Shown: positions 17,546 through 27,998 of the stretch, one piece after another
Layout: every line of letters starts with the position of its first letter
How positions within the stretch are numbered: the stretch's first letter is position 1
Origin: an uncultured Desulfobacteraceae bacterium
Lineage (GTDB): Bacteria; Desulfobacterota; Desulfobacteria; Desulfobacterales; UBA5852
Length of the DNA: 64,000 bases
Reading direction: 5' to 3'
Assembly: GCA_913060875.1 (NCBI GenBank)
Contig: CAJXSL010000001.1
Span: forward strand, 576,464 to 640,463
The notes under the pieces: generated by a model
Told to the model about the DNA's origin: nothing
Databases searched by the model: none
Seen by the model: the letters and a program-made list of their open reading frames with translations, nothing else
Made by a program: the position numbers and the translations under genes

Positions 17546-19375
17546 ATGCCTCCTACCGCAATAAATGAGCCATTTGCTCCCAAAGATGTGTGCCGAGTCC
17601 TGATCAAACATAAGCTGCTGACCAAGGACCAGGCTAAACAAATTCTCCAGCGTCGAGAAAAAGTCACGGGTGAATTAGAGCGGGAAAACCGTAAGCGAAG
17701 TGCCTCCTTTGGGCTTAGAATCAGTAACCCTGTCACATTTGTCGATGTTATTGCGCGTCTGCAGCCTCCTCGCGCGGACGGTCGCCCCGGCGGTTTGGAA
17801 GAGGATGCTATTTTCAAGGCTTTGGCCAGTGAATGGAGATTGCCTTACCAAAAAATCGATCCCCTCAAGTTGGACCTTAATGTCGTCACTACCACCATCC
17901 CCCGCAACTTTGCCATGAAGCATCTCGTGCTTCCTATCAAAGTCGAAAATGGCGCCCTGACTGTGGCGACCCCCAATCCGTTTAACATGGAGGTTTTGGA
18001 CGATGTTGCCCGCGTGACCAATATGCGGGTCATGACAACGGTAAGTTCCAAAACGGATATCATTAAACTTATCGATGAATTTTTCGGTTTCAAACGCTCC
18101 ATCGCCGCTGCTGAAGATTTGTTCTCAACATCGGCCATCGATATTGGCAATCTTGAACAATACGTAAGATTGAAAACCGGTGATGATCTCCCTTCCAATG
18201 ACCAGCATATTGTCAATGCGGTAAATCACTTGTTTATCTATGCTTTTGATCAGCGTGCTTCGGATATCCATATTGAACCCAAGCGGGAAATCGTCCTGGT
18301 GCGGATGCGGATCGATGGCGTGTTGCATACAGTATATCGTTTGCCTAAAAAGGTTCATAATGCGATCGTTTCCCGTATCAAAGCCCTTTCCCGCATGAAT
18401 ATGGCTGAGAAACGGCGCCCCCAGGATGGCCGCATCAAGATGGACAAGGGGGGCATGGAGGTCGAAATACGGATATCATCCGTTCCCGTTGCGTTTGGCG
18501 AAAAAATGGTCATGCGCGTCATGGATCCGGATATTCTCATACAGGATCTTGATGGCTTGGGTTTTATGGCGGAAGATTTTCGTAAGTTCGATCAGTTTAT
18601 TCACATGCCCCACGGTATTATTCTGGTAACCGGTCCAACCGGTAGCGGAAAATCCACAACGCTTTATTCCGCTCTTCGCAAAATTTCTACACCTGAAAAC
18701 AACATACTTACGGTGGAAGACCCGATTGAAATGATCCATGAAGATTTCAACCAAATTGGTGTCCAGCCTGCCGTCGGAGTAACGTTCGGTTCTATATTAA
18801 AAACGATTTTGCGTCAGGATCCCGACATTATCATGATCGGTGAAATGCGCGATCTGGAAACAGCCGAAAATGCCGTCCAGGCGGCTTTAACCGGGCACCT
18901 GGTATTGTCCACCCTGCATACCAACGATGCACCCACCAGTATCACCCGTCTTTTGGATTTAGGCGTTCCATCATTTCTTATTCAGGCCACCTTGGTGGGG
19001 ATCATTGCGCAGCGCTTGCTGCGGGTTATTTGCGAGTATTGCAAGGAATCTTTTGCAATGGGGGCCAACGATTTGAGGGCGGCCGGTATCGAGACGGGGT
19101 TGAAAGGGGCTGTCAAACTCTATCGCGGGCGCGGGTGCAACCGATGCCGTCAGACAGGCTATCGCGGCCGATCCGGTGCGTTTGAAGTCATGCCGTATTC
19201 GGAAGCCATCCAGAAAATGACAACGCCCAAGGCCAATATCGAGAATATCAGGATTCGCGCCACAGAAGAAGGTATGGTGACATTAAGGGAAAACGCGATT
19301 CAGAAAATGTTGGATGGTGTAACAACCTACGAAGAAGTGTTACGCGTTACCAGTGCGCGCAAAGTCATTGTTTAA
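17546..19375 (+). CDS. Type II secretion / type IV pilus assembly ATPase, GspE/PilB family
   Basis: Walker A GPTGSGKST, Walker B/Asp box DPDIIMIGEMRD, His box LTGHLVLSTLHTND, tetracysteine CEYC...CNRC, and a T2SSE_N-type N-domain (WRLPYQKIDPLKLD...). No pilC/pilM-Q genes nearby. Confidence 0.9.
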   Translation: MPPTAINEPFAPKDVCRVLIKHKLLTKDQAKQILQRREKVTGELERENRKRSASFGLRISNPVTFVDVIARLQPPRADGRPGGLEEDAIFKALASEWRLPYQKIDPLKLDLNVVTTTIPRNFAMKHLVLPIKVENGALTVATPNPFNMEVLDDVARVTNMRVMTTVSSKTDIIKLIDEFFGFKRSIAAAEDLFSTSAIDIGNLEQYVRLKTGDDLPSNDQHIVNAVNHLFIYAFDQRASDIHIEPKREIVLVRMRIDGVLHTVYRLPKKVHNAIVSRIKALSRMNMAEKRRPQDGRIKMDKGGMEVEIRISSVPVAFGEKMVMRVMDPDILIQDLDGLGFMAEDFRKFDQFIHMPHGIILVTGPTGSGKSTTLYSALRKISTPENNILTVEDPIEMIHEDFNQIGVQPAVGVTFGSILKTILRQDPDIIMIGEMRDLETAENAVQAALTGHLVLSTLHTNDAPTSITRLLDLGVPSFLIQATLVGIIAQRLLRVICEYCKESFAMGANDLRAAGIETGLKGAVKLYRGRGCNRCRQTGYRGRSGAFEVMPYSEAIQKMTTPKANIENIRIRATEEGMVTLRENAIQKMLDGVTTYEEVLRVTSARKVIV

Positions 19376-19423
19376 TAGCGAAAACTGAATACATTGGCGG
19401 GCAGCGCTGCAAACGAACAAAAC

Positions 19424-19472
19424 GTCCAGAGGGGGCTTGCATCTAAAGCCCCCTCTGGACGTTTTTTTTTTT
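19424..19472 (+). terminator. Rho-independent terminator between convergent genes
   Basis: A 15-bp perfect stem GTCCAGAGGGGGCTT / AAGCCCCCTCTGGAC with a 7-nt loop, followed by an 11-T run. Confidence 0.75.
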
Positions 19473-19497
19473 CACTTGGTATAGGTGTAATTGGGAT

Positions 19498-20517
19498 TTA
19501 AAATGGTGTAGCGATAGACGTCCAGTTATCAATGCCTGGTTCCGACTGAACGATCAGTGTCGTGGATGTGTTTTCCTCGGTGTGCAAAACGAAAACTTTA
19601 CCCAATTTCTGAGGGGGAAGTTTTACGATTTTCTTTTTTCCGTTGATGGCAACGCGATCTTCTTCCTGAATAAAGATCGTGTAGTATTGACCAATTTCAA
19701 CGCCGTCCATTTCACCCTTATCGATGAAAGCCGTGCGATCTTGGGCGATCAAGTTATGATGATCTTCCGTGGAGATGAGTTTGCCTTTGAGACCAGGTAC
19801 ACTTTCCTTGATTTCAATAATGTCCGGCCGTTTGAGATAGGGGGTCAATAAGTCGTCGACTTCAATTGCCCGAAATGTTTTGTTGACCTTGCCAACCGCC
19901 ACATCCTGTGTGACCTGGATAATTTCAACCACCCCCATAAGATAATGCTGAATCCCGATATAGGTATTTGTTTCGTTGTCACGAATTTCTTTCAAGGTGC
20001 GATAGACAGTGTATTTTTCTCCCACATTGAAATTCTGCCCCTTCTGGGGGGTAATGTAGAGCTCATCATGGTCGCTCATCAGCGTTTTGGCTTGTTTGAT
20101 ATCGAAAATGATGCCACTGGGTTCAAGCGCTTTTTCCCGAATGAAGCCGACGGCATCAATGTCCTTATATTTAAAGGTCTCCCCTTTCATTTGAGGGGTC
20201 GCATGGCTTGTCTGCAATCGGTCGACATCCTTCCTTCGGTAAAGTTTGATGCGGTCACCAGGGTAGATAAGATGCGGGTTGGTGATTTGCTGGTTTTCAT
20301 TCCACATGTCCGGCCAGAGCCAAGCGGAATCGGAGAATTTTTGGGAGAGATCCCAGAGGGTGTCTCCCGGCTGGACGATATAGTAGATACCGGTTTCCGT
20401 CTCAATGATATGATCTTCTATGTTGTCTCCGGAAAAGGTGACCGGGGGCAGGCTCAACACCAACACTGTCATGATAATGGCCCCAAGGGCAACTCGGAGT
20501 GGGGGGGTTGTTTTCAT
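19498..20517 (-). CDS. LysM peptidoglycan-binding domain protein (secreted)
   Basis: Signal peptide, then the LysM motif YIVQPGDTLWDLSQKF...ITNPHLIYPGDRIKL. Confidence 0.8.
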   Translation of the reverse strand: MKTTPPLRVALGAIIMTVLVLSLPPVTFSGDNIEDHIIETETGIYYIVQPGDTLWDLSQKFSDSAWLWPDMWNENQQITNPHLIYPGDRIKLYRRKDVDRLQTSHATPQMKGETFKYKDIDAVGFIREKALEPSGIIFDIKQAKTLMSDHDELYITPQKGQNFNVGEKYTVYRTLKEIRDNETNTYIGIQHYLMGVVEIIQVTQDVAVGKVNKTFRAIEVDDLLTPYLKRPDIIEIKESVPGLKGKLISTEDHHNLIAQDRTAFIDKGEMDGVEIGQYYTIFIQEEDRVAINGKKKIVKLPPQKLGKVFVLHTEENTSTTLIVQSEPGIDNWTSIATPF

Positions 20518-20644
20518 GTGTCGCTCCGATTCGTTAGAAAGTTATGATAAATAGACCATTTTTTAATTAAATAAGGAATCTATCTATTGTTATCATTATC
20601 GTCCAGCCTGCCAATTGTCAAGCGGTCTGACCGGGAACCAAAGT

Positions 20645-20676
20645 AAAAACCCCCTGCCTGTAAAGGCAGGGGGTTT
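20645..20676 (-). terminator. Rho-independent terminator downstream of groEL
   Basis: On the minus strand: AACCCCCTGCC-TTTACA-GGCAGGGGGTT followed by TTTTACTTT. Confidence 0.6.
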
Positions 20677-20710
20677 AATTGTGGTAGCATTTGAGCGCTA
20701 TTGGTTTGGC

Positions 20711-22387
<1,677 letters not shown>

Positions 22388-22410
22388 CTAACCTCCGTAT
22401 ATTTCTATAT

Positions 22411-22698
22411 TTATTCAATAATTCCCAGGATATCGTCTTCCCGCATAATCAGGTATTCTTCGCCTTCCACTTTGACTTCGGTCCCGCCGTATTTGCTGAA
22501 AAGAACGCGGTCACCTTTTTTAACTTCCAGGGGAATGCGTTTGCCATCATCGCCCAAGCGTCCGTTTCCAGCGGCTACAATTTTCCCCTCGGCAGGCTTT
22601 TCTTTGGCCGTATCCGGGATGATAATGCCGCCCTTGGTCTTGGTCTCTTCTTCCATGCGTTGTACCAGAACTCGGTCGTTTAACGGTCTGATCTTCAT
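22411..22698 (-). CDS. groES: Co-chaperonin GroES (Cpn10)
   Basis: [35 protein letters not shown]... 95 aa, immediately upstream of groEL. Confidence 0.97.
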   Translation of the reverse strand: MKIRPLNDRVLVQRMEEETKTKGGIIIPDTAKEKPAEGKIVAAGNGRLGDDGKRIPLEVKKGDRVLFSKYGGTEVKVEGEEYLIMREDDILGIIE

Positions 22699-22954
22699 TG
22701 CTTACCTGTCTCCTTTTAATACGATAAAATTAATTGAAGCTAACAGCCGGCGGCCGAACCTGAAGAGCGTGTTCGCCGCTGGCAGGATCGGCCCCAAAAG
22801 GGTCTTCTATTCCACTGGATATTTAATTTAAAGCGTTATCAATTCTCCTTGACAACATTTTGAATCCAATTGGGTGGTTCAATTATCGAATTTGCGCGGA
22901 TAATCGTGCCCGGATGGGGTATTGTTTCCATTATCGTATGATGAATGATTACAG

Positions 22955-23236
22955 CTAATCGGCAGAGCTGCCGGATGTTGAATTTTCGCGCGCGGGTTTA
23001 GATTCGGATGTCTTGGTTTGTTGGTCCTTACCTTTAGGGGGTGAATTTTCTGAATGTTTTTTGGCGTAATCGGTGACGTACCAGCCTGTCCCCTTAAGAT
23101 GAAAGCTGCTGTTGGAAATGAGTTTCCGAAGGTTCCCGGAGCAATGACGGCATTTTTTAAGAGGCTTGTCGGAAAACTTTTGCAGCGCCTCTTCAATCCG
23201 GCCACATTTGGAACACTCATATTCGTAAAGCGGCAT
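22955..23236 (-). CDS. FmdB-family zinc-ribbon putative regulatory protein
   Basis: MPLYEYECSKCG...CRHCSG (CxxC...CxxC zinc ribbon). GGAGGA lies 7 nt before the internal ATG at 23236; the ORF-track start is 23251. Confidence 0.85.
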   Translation of the reverse strand: MPLYEYECSKCGRIEEALQKFSDKPLKKCRHCSGNLRKLISNSSFHLKGTGWYVTDYAKKHSENSPPKGKDQQTKTSESKPARENSTSGSSAD

Positions 23237-23455
23237 ACCCTGATCCTCCAACAGAATTCTTAAGTATTAAACAACAGCTATTCGCGAGGTGACCACATAA
23301 AGTTGCTAAAAAATAGTCAGCAAAATAACGTTGTCAAGGGGGTGGCGGCACGATTTCAATCGCTTAGCTGGCCTTGCGCAAAACGCGGGCATCGGCAGGG
23401 CCTAAAGGGGAACAGGCATGACTGAAGCACGGTGTTCGGTGCCCTTGAAGCCATT

Positions 23456-23998
23456 TTACCGGGTGGGCTGAAGACTGTCGAAATCACTGCGCCAGTGGGC
23501 GTAAAATTGAAACACCGCCGCCATATCAGGGATGCGCACGTGCTCCAGGATTTCATGGGTTTTCTCGTGAACCCGAATTTCTTCGGCGTGTTTTTCATCG
23601 TCCGACGCAACAAAGCTCTGGAGGAATTTGGAAAATCGTACAATGTGGATCAATTCATGGGTGATGATGTAAAGGGTAAAGGGAAACAACCGCAGTGACG
23701 GTGAACGTTCAAGCGCCTCCAGGATGGCATGGTCCTGCAAGCAGATTTTGTAAAAGTCGAAGGTATCCGAGTTCAGATCCGTATTTGACCTGCGTCCTTC
23801 ATAACGGATGACCTGGGCAAAAGGTCCGGCAATGATTTCCTCCGTCAGCAGATCGGCGGCCGTTTTGACATCGTATTGTCGACGAAGCCATTGTGCGGCC
23901 GACAGTTTGTAGTGGTTGCTGACCAATTCTTCAGCCATGGCGACGGCATCATTGATGAGCTCAATCTGGCCGGGTTGGAAGCGAGGTGTCATCATCAT
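23456..23998 (-). CDS. Hypothetical protein with an HExxH motif (possible zinc-dependent hydrolase)
   Basis: 180-aa ORF. The only recognisable feature is ITHELIHIV (HExxH). No signal peptide. Confidence 0.5.
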   Translation of the reverse strand: MMMTPRFQPGQIELINDAVAMAEELVSNHYKLSAAQWLRRQYDVKTAADLLTEEIIAGPFAQVIRYEGRRSNTDLNSDTFDFYKICLQDHAILEALERSPSLRLFPFTLYIITHELIHIVRFSKFLQSFVASDDEKHAEEIRVHEKTHEILEHVRIPDMAAVFQFYAHWRSDFDSLQPTR

Positions 23999-24256
23999 TA
24001 TGCACGTTTGGGGAAAGCACCCATGGGTGTTATAAATTTAGCGGTACGTGGTATAATACTGTCAAACGGCTTTCATAATAGCATGCCTTCGGATTAAATT
24101 CAACTATGCAAAACCATAACTATTTGATTTGATATCTAAAAAAGGTTGATTCGACTTGGGTGGGGTGCTTGACTTAAAAAGTACTGGACACTATTTTTGA
24201 AAGGGTGTTATATAAGTTCTTTTAATTCAATACCAAAATTCAAGGGGGGTGATCCT

Positions 24257-24355
24257 TTGGGCAGCGTCATCAAGAAACGCCGTAAAAAGATGAGAAAGCA
24301 TAAACACAGAAAGTTGCTGGCTCGGACGCGCCATCAGCGCCGAAAGGGTAGATAA
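24257..24355 (+). CDS. 32-aa ultra-basic peptide resembling ribosomal protein bS22 / AURKAIP1-COX24 family (not in the ORF track)
   Basis: TTG start 6 nt after the purine-rich AAGGGGGGTGA. Translation MGSVIKKRRKKMRKHKHRKLLARTRHQRRKGR*. Followed by a strong hairpin (24381-24423). Confidence 0.6.
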   Translation: MGSVIKKRRKKMRKHKHRKLLARTRHQRRKGR

Positions 24356-24380
24356 GCCCTCCCGATTCGATTTCTGTTGT

Positions 24381-24423
24381 ATGGAGAAAGCACCGTGCTT
24401 CAAATATAGGGTGCTTTCTCCAT
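24381..24423. terminator. Hairpin terminator between the small basic ORF (+) and hflC (-)
   Basis: A 14-bp stem ATGGAGAAAGCACC / GGTGCTTTCTCCAT followed on the + strand by TTGCGTTTATTT. Confidence 0.55.
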
Positions 24424-24429
24424 TTGCGT

Positions 24430-25395
24430 TTATTTGGAGGAGTGGGAAAGGCCCTTCAAGTATCCCAGAAAATCGGAGTCGGTCGAGAGCACGAGGGTGC
24501 TGTCTTTGTTTAGCGTCTCCTGGTAGACCTCCATTGTTTTAAGGAAGGAATAAAACTCGGGGTCGACACCATATGATCCGGCATAGATGTCGGTGGCCTC
24601 GGCGTCTGCTTTACCCTTGATCTCCTGGGCAATCCGATAGGCTTCCGAGTTGATCAATTTCAATTCCCGCTCCTTGTCTCCGCGTATCTTGCGTGCCTCC
24701 CCAATACCTTCCGATCGGAATTTTTCAGCAATTTGTTTGCGCTCGGCGATCATTCGATTATAGACGGACTTTCGAACCTGATCGACATAGTTGACACGCT
24801 TGATTTTAACATCCACAAGCTCAATGCCAAATTTGTCCAATTTTGGTTGGGCTTGTTTCAAAATGCCCAGCATGATTTGCTCACGCCCCGTCGTGATGAA
24901 GGTTGGTTGACGCTGACCCTCAGTCTCGTCTTTCTCGATACCCACCTCAAAGGTGTCCAATTCACGATTGCTTTTGCGTACAGTTTCAATCAGGCGATAG
25001 CTGGTGACGGCATTGCGCACGGCAGGATCGATAATTTCGTCCAGGCGGCTTTGGGCACTGAAAACCGTGTCCACGGTTTGTTTGAATTTGACCGGATCGG
25101 TGATGCGCCACCGGGCAAAGGCATCCACCCAGATATAGGTTTTTTCCAGCGTGGGGATTTGGCCGGGGTCGCCATCCCAGAAAAGCAGATTCTTCGGGTA
25201 TTTATTGACTTTGTCAAAAAACGGCAGACGAAAGTTGAGGCCCGGGTCCGTCATCGGCTCCCGAACAATTTTACCGAACCGTGTGACGACGACCTGCTCG
25301 GTTTCGTCCACCACAAAAGCCGATGTGTAAAGAGCCGCAACGATGATGAACACCGCCACGAGGACAACGCTGAGTTTATTGTTCATTGCCGGCAC
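24430..25395 (-). CDS. hflC: FtsH protease modulator HflC (SPFH/band-7)
   Basis: N-terminal TM anchor plus an SPFH domain and a coiled-coil region. Overlaps the end of hflK by 20 nt. Confidence 0.9.
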   Translation of the reverse strand: MPAMNNKLSVVLVAVFIIVAALYTSAFVVDETEQVVVTRFGKIVREPMTDPGLNFRLPFFDKVNKYPKNLLFWDGDPGQIPTLEKTYIWVDAFARWRITDPVKFKQTVDTVFSAQSRLDEIIDPAVRNAVTSYRLIETVRKSNRELDTFEVGIEKDETEGQRQPTFITTGREQIMLGILKQAQPKLDKFGIELVDVKIKRVNYVDQVRKSVYNRMIAERKQIAEKFRSEGIGEARKIRGDKERELKLINSEAYRIAQEIKGKADAEATDIYAGSYGVDPEFYSFLKTMEVYQETLNKDSTLVLSTDSDFLGYLKGLSHSSK

Positions 25396-26425
25396 CTATG
25401 GATCGTTTCAATGGATTTTGATTGATGTTTAGCAGTGGCAACAGATTGCTCTGATTGTCATCCACGATATATTTCGGACCAAGGCGTGGAAGCAACGTCT
25501 GCAGGGTTTCCAGGTAAAGCCGTCGTCGGGTGACATCCTGGGCCTTGACATACTCGGCATATACGGCCGAAAAGCGGGCCGCATCACCTTTGGCTCGATT
25601 GACCCGATCAAGGGCATAGCCTTCAGCGGCTTTCACGACGCGTTCCGCATCGCCCCTGGCCGCGGGAATAGCCTTGTTGTATTCCTCCCTGGCCTGGTAG
25701 ATGGTTTGTTCTTTTTCCTGGGTGGCCTGGTTGACCTCGTTGAAAGAGGGTTGGACCGGGCCGGGAACGTTTGTTCGTTTCATTTCGATGGTCACCACCA
25801 TGATGCCGGCCTGGGCGTTGTCGAGCTCGCTTTGCAGCACTTCTTTGGCTTCGACCGCTATTTCGTCCCGCTTGGATATGACTTCATTGATACTCCGATC
25901 GCCGACCACCAGACGCATCGCGGCTTCCGACATATCCCGGAGCAACTGGGTCACATTTTGCACCTTGAAGAGATAGTCGTAAGGATCTTTGACGCGATAC
26001 TGAACAATCCAGGGAACAACGGCGACATTCAAATCGCCGGTCAGCATCAGGGCCTCACTGTTGTTTTCACTGACCGCCACCGAGCGGCGGCCACCGGCGC
26101 GTTCGGAGCTGAAACCAAACTCTTCCTTCAAGATCCGCCGGACTTTCACCATGCGGGCCGTTTCAATGCCGAAGGGAAGTTTGAAATTGAGTCCCGGCTG
26201 AGTGGTTTTGGCATATTTGCCAAACCGTTGCACAATACCAACCTCGTCCGTGTCGACGACATAAACGGAGGAGTAGATTCCCAGAACGACTAGCAGCAAA
26301 ACAAAAACAATAGGCCCGCCAGGGATTTTGATCTTTTTGATGTTTTTCAGCACTTCGTCCACCTGGGGTGGCGCGGGGCGTCGCCCCTGCTGTTGTTCTT
26401 TGAGTTTTTCCCAATCCCAAGTCAT
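25376..26425 (-). CDS. hflK: FtsH protease modulator HflK (SPFH/band-7)
   Basis: Typical HflK N-terminus (MTWDWEKLKEQQQG...), a TM anchor and an SPFH domain. Lies upstream of hflC. Confidence 0.9.
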   Translation of the reverse strand: MTWDWEKLKEQQQGRRPAPPQVDEVLKNIKKIKIPGGPIVFVLLLVVLGIYSSVYVVDTDEVGIVQRFGKYAKTTQPGLNFKLPFGIETARMVKVRRILKEEFGFSSERAGGRRSVAVSENNSEALMLTGDLNVAVVPWIVQYRVKDPYDYLFKVQNVTQLLRDMSEAAMRLVVGDRSINEVISKRDEIAVEAKEVLQSELDNAQAGIMVVTIEMKRTNVPGPVQPSFNEVNQATQEKEQTIYQAREEYNKAIPAARGDAERVVKAAEGYALDRVNRAKGDAARFSAVYAEYVKAQDVTRRRLYLETLQTLLPRLGPKYIVDDNQSNLLPLLNINQNPLKRSIGAGNEQ

Positions 26426-26909
26426 TGCGTTTTTCCTGTTAGGGGTTGCGTGATAAAGCCCTGGATACTGGGCTTTGATATCGTTGGCCGTGGCTCCTTT
26501 GACAGGGGCATTTCCAATAGCGGGTCGGCGATTTCAAGATTAGGCCCCGTGGCATTTTCCATGATCGCATGGATACAGATTACTCAAAGCATAAGGCATT
26601 GGGGAGACCAGATCAATCCTGAGTGTCGCTTTTTGGCGATTCGCCGGGTTAACAAAGACATTTTGAAATTAAGTTACCCCTGTTGGCAAGTCAAGGAAAA
26701 TCCGGTTCAACTTCTTGTGATATCACGGATTATGAGCTCTCCGAATAGATGAACGGCATTGTGTCTATGCGGTTTGGCCGATTTCCACAGCGCAGGGAAG
26801 AATGGATTCCGCGGATCGACCGGGAGCGGGGCTTCGGTTTGACAGAGCGAGCGGTTCATCGCTATAAGCGGAAACAATACCGTAAGAAATTTTAAAGGAG
26901 ACGCTATCA

Positions 26910-27227
26910 GTGGTTGGAAAGAAGACGGGCTGTGCGCCGTTGGCGGAATCGATAGGCGACGTGCTGCGAAACTGTCATGGTGGCGAGGGACAAAACGCCC
27001 ATGCGGTATGGGGCTTCTGGGATCGGGTGGTGGGTGAAACCATGGCCCGTAATGCCCAGCCGGCCGCGTTTAAGCAGCGCATGCTTTTGGTGCATGTGAG
27101 CAGTTCGGTCTGGTTGCAGGAAATGCATTTCCGGAAAACCGAATTGATCGAACGGCTGAACCTGGCGGCTGGATCCAGGGTCGTGGAAGATATCCGATTC
27201 AAAATCGGTTTGTTGCCAAACAAATGA
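26910..27227 (+). CDS. DUF721 / DciA-like protein
   Basis: 105 aa with GTG start after an AAGGAG RBS. Shows the DUF721 pattern W..VVGE..A....P..FK...LLV.V.SS.W.QE..F.K..LI..LN. Confidence 0.7.
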   Translation: MVGKKTGCAPLAESIGDVLRNCHGGEGQNAHAVWGFWDRVVGETMARNAQPAAFKQRMLLVHVSSSVWLQEMHFRKTELIERLNLAAGSRVVEDIRFKIGLLPNK

Positions 27228-27242
27228 GATGCTGTTTACCCT

Positions 27243-27965
27243 ATGAGTTGGTCCGCCGATAGGTTTCTCAACGGTCACCTGAAGATATCGCAGAGTCGAC
27301 GGGGCTACCGTTTTTCCATCGATGCCGTCATATTGGCCTTTCACGCCGTGCCGGCCAAATTGGATGAGCGGATTTTGGATATGGGCACCGGTTGCGGTAT
27401 CATGCCGCTTATCATCGCCCATCGCCATGAAGGCGTACATGTGACCGGTGTGGAAATCCAACCCGAGTTGGCGGAGCTGGCGCGACAAAACGTCTGCGCA
27501 AACGGGTTCCAGTCCCGAATCACCATCCTCGAAAAAGATGTTTCCCAAATGCGATCCCATGATATCGGGCCGTCGGTAGATATGGTGATCACCAATCCAC
27601 CCTATCGGAAACCGGGCTCGGGGCGCGTCAATCCCCAAAACCAGCGCGCCCTTGCACGGCACGAGATTACCCTCTCACTGGATGGCATGGTCAAAGCCAT
27701 GCGGCGATTTCTGGTGACGGGGGGCAGCGGATGGATCATATATCCTGTGGAACGGGTGGCGGAGTTGATGACCGCCATGCAGACCCACAACCTTGAACCC
27801 AAGTACCTGCGGCTGATTCATTCCCGCATCGATACCGAAGCAAAACGATGCTTGCTGAAAATCGTGAAGGCTGCTCGCCCTGGCCTGATTGCTGGTCCGC
27901 CGTTGGCGATTTACGACGCGGACGGGGCGTACACTGAAGAAGTGGCGGCCATGTTTTGTCCCTGA
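27243..27965 (+). CDS. SAM-dependent methyltransferase, tRNA1(Val) (adenine37-N6)-methyltransferase (YfiC/TrmN6)-like
   Basis: GYRFSIDAVILA, SAM-binding motif DMGTGCG, and catalytic VITNPPY. Confidence 0.8.
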   Translation: MSWSADRFLNGHLKISQSRRGYRFSIDAVILAFHAVPAKLDERILDMGTGCGIMPLIIAHRHEGVHVTGVEIQPELAELARQNVCANGFQSRITILEKDVSQMRSHDIGPSVDMVITNPPYRKPGSGRVNPQNQRALARHEITLSLDGMVKAMRRFLVTGGSGWIIYPVERVAELMTAMQTHNLEPKYLRLIHSRIDTEAKRCLLKIVKAARPGLIAGPPLAIYDADGAYTEEVAAMFCP

Positions 27966-27998
27966 GCCGGCACTCCGGCTTCGGCTTGCATGATGACA

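Noticed and set aside
17590-17665. MshEN-type c-di-GMP binding motif at the N-terminus of the PilB/GspE ATPase
   Set aside because: The hydrophobic spacing is present (VLIKHKLLTKDQAKQIL), but the signature Arg, the two Gly residues and the terminal Gln are replaced. c-di-GMP binding therefore cannot be claimed.
26749-26895. 48-codon basic ORF just upstream of the DciA-like gene
   Set aside because: It has no Shine-Dalgarno sequence and no recognisable family. It is kept only as a note inside the spacer finding and is not called as a gene.
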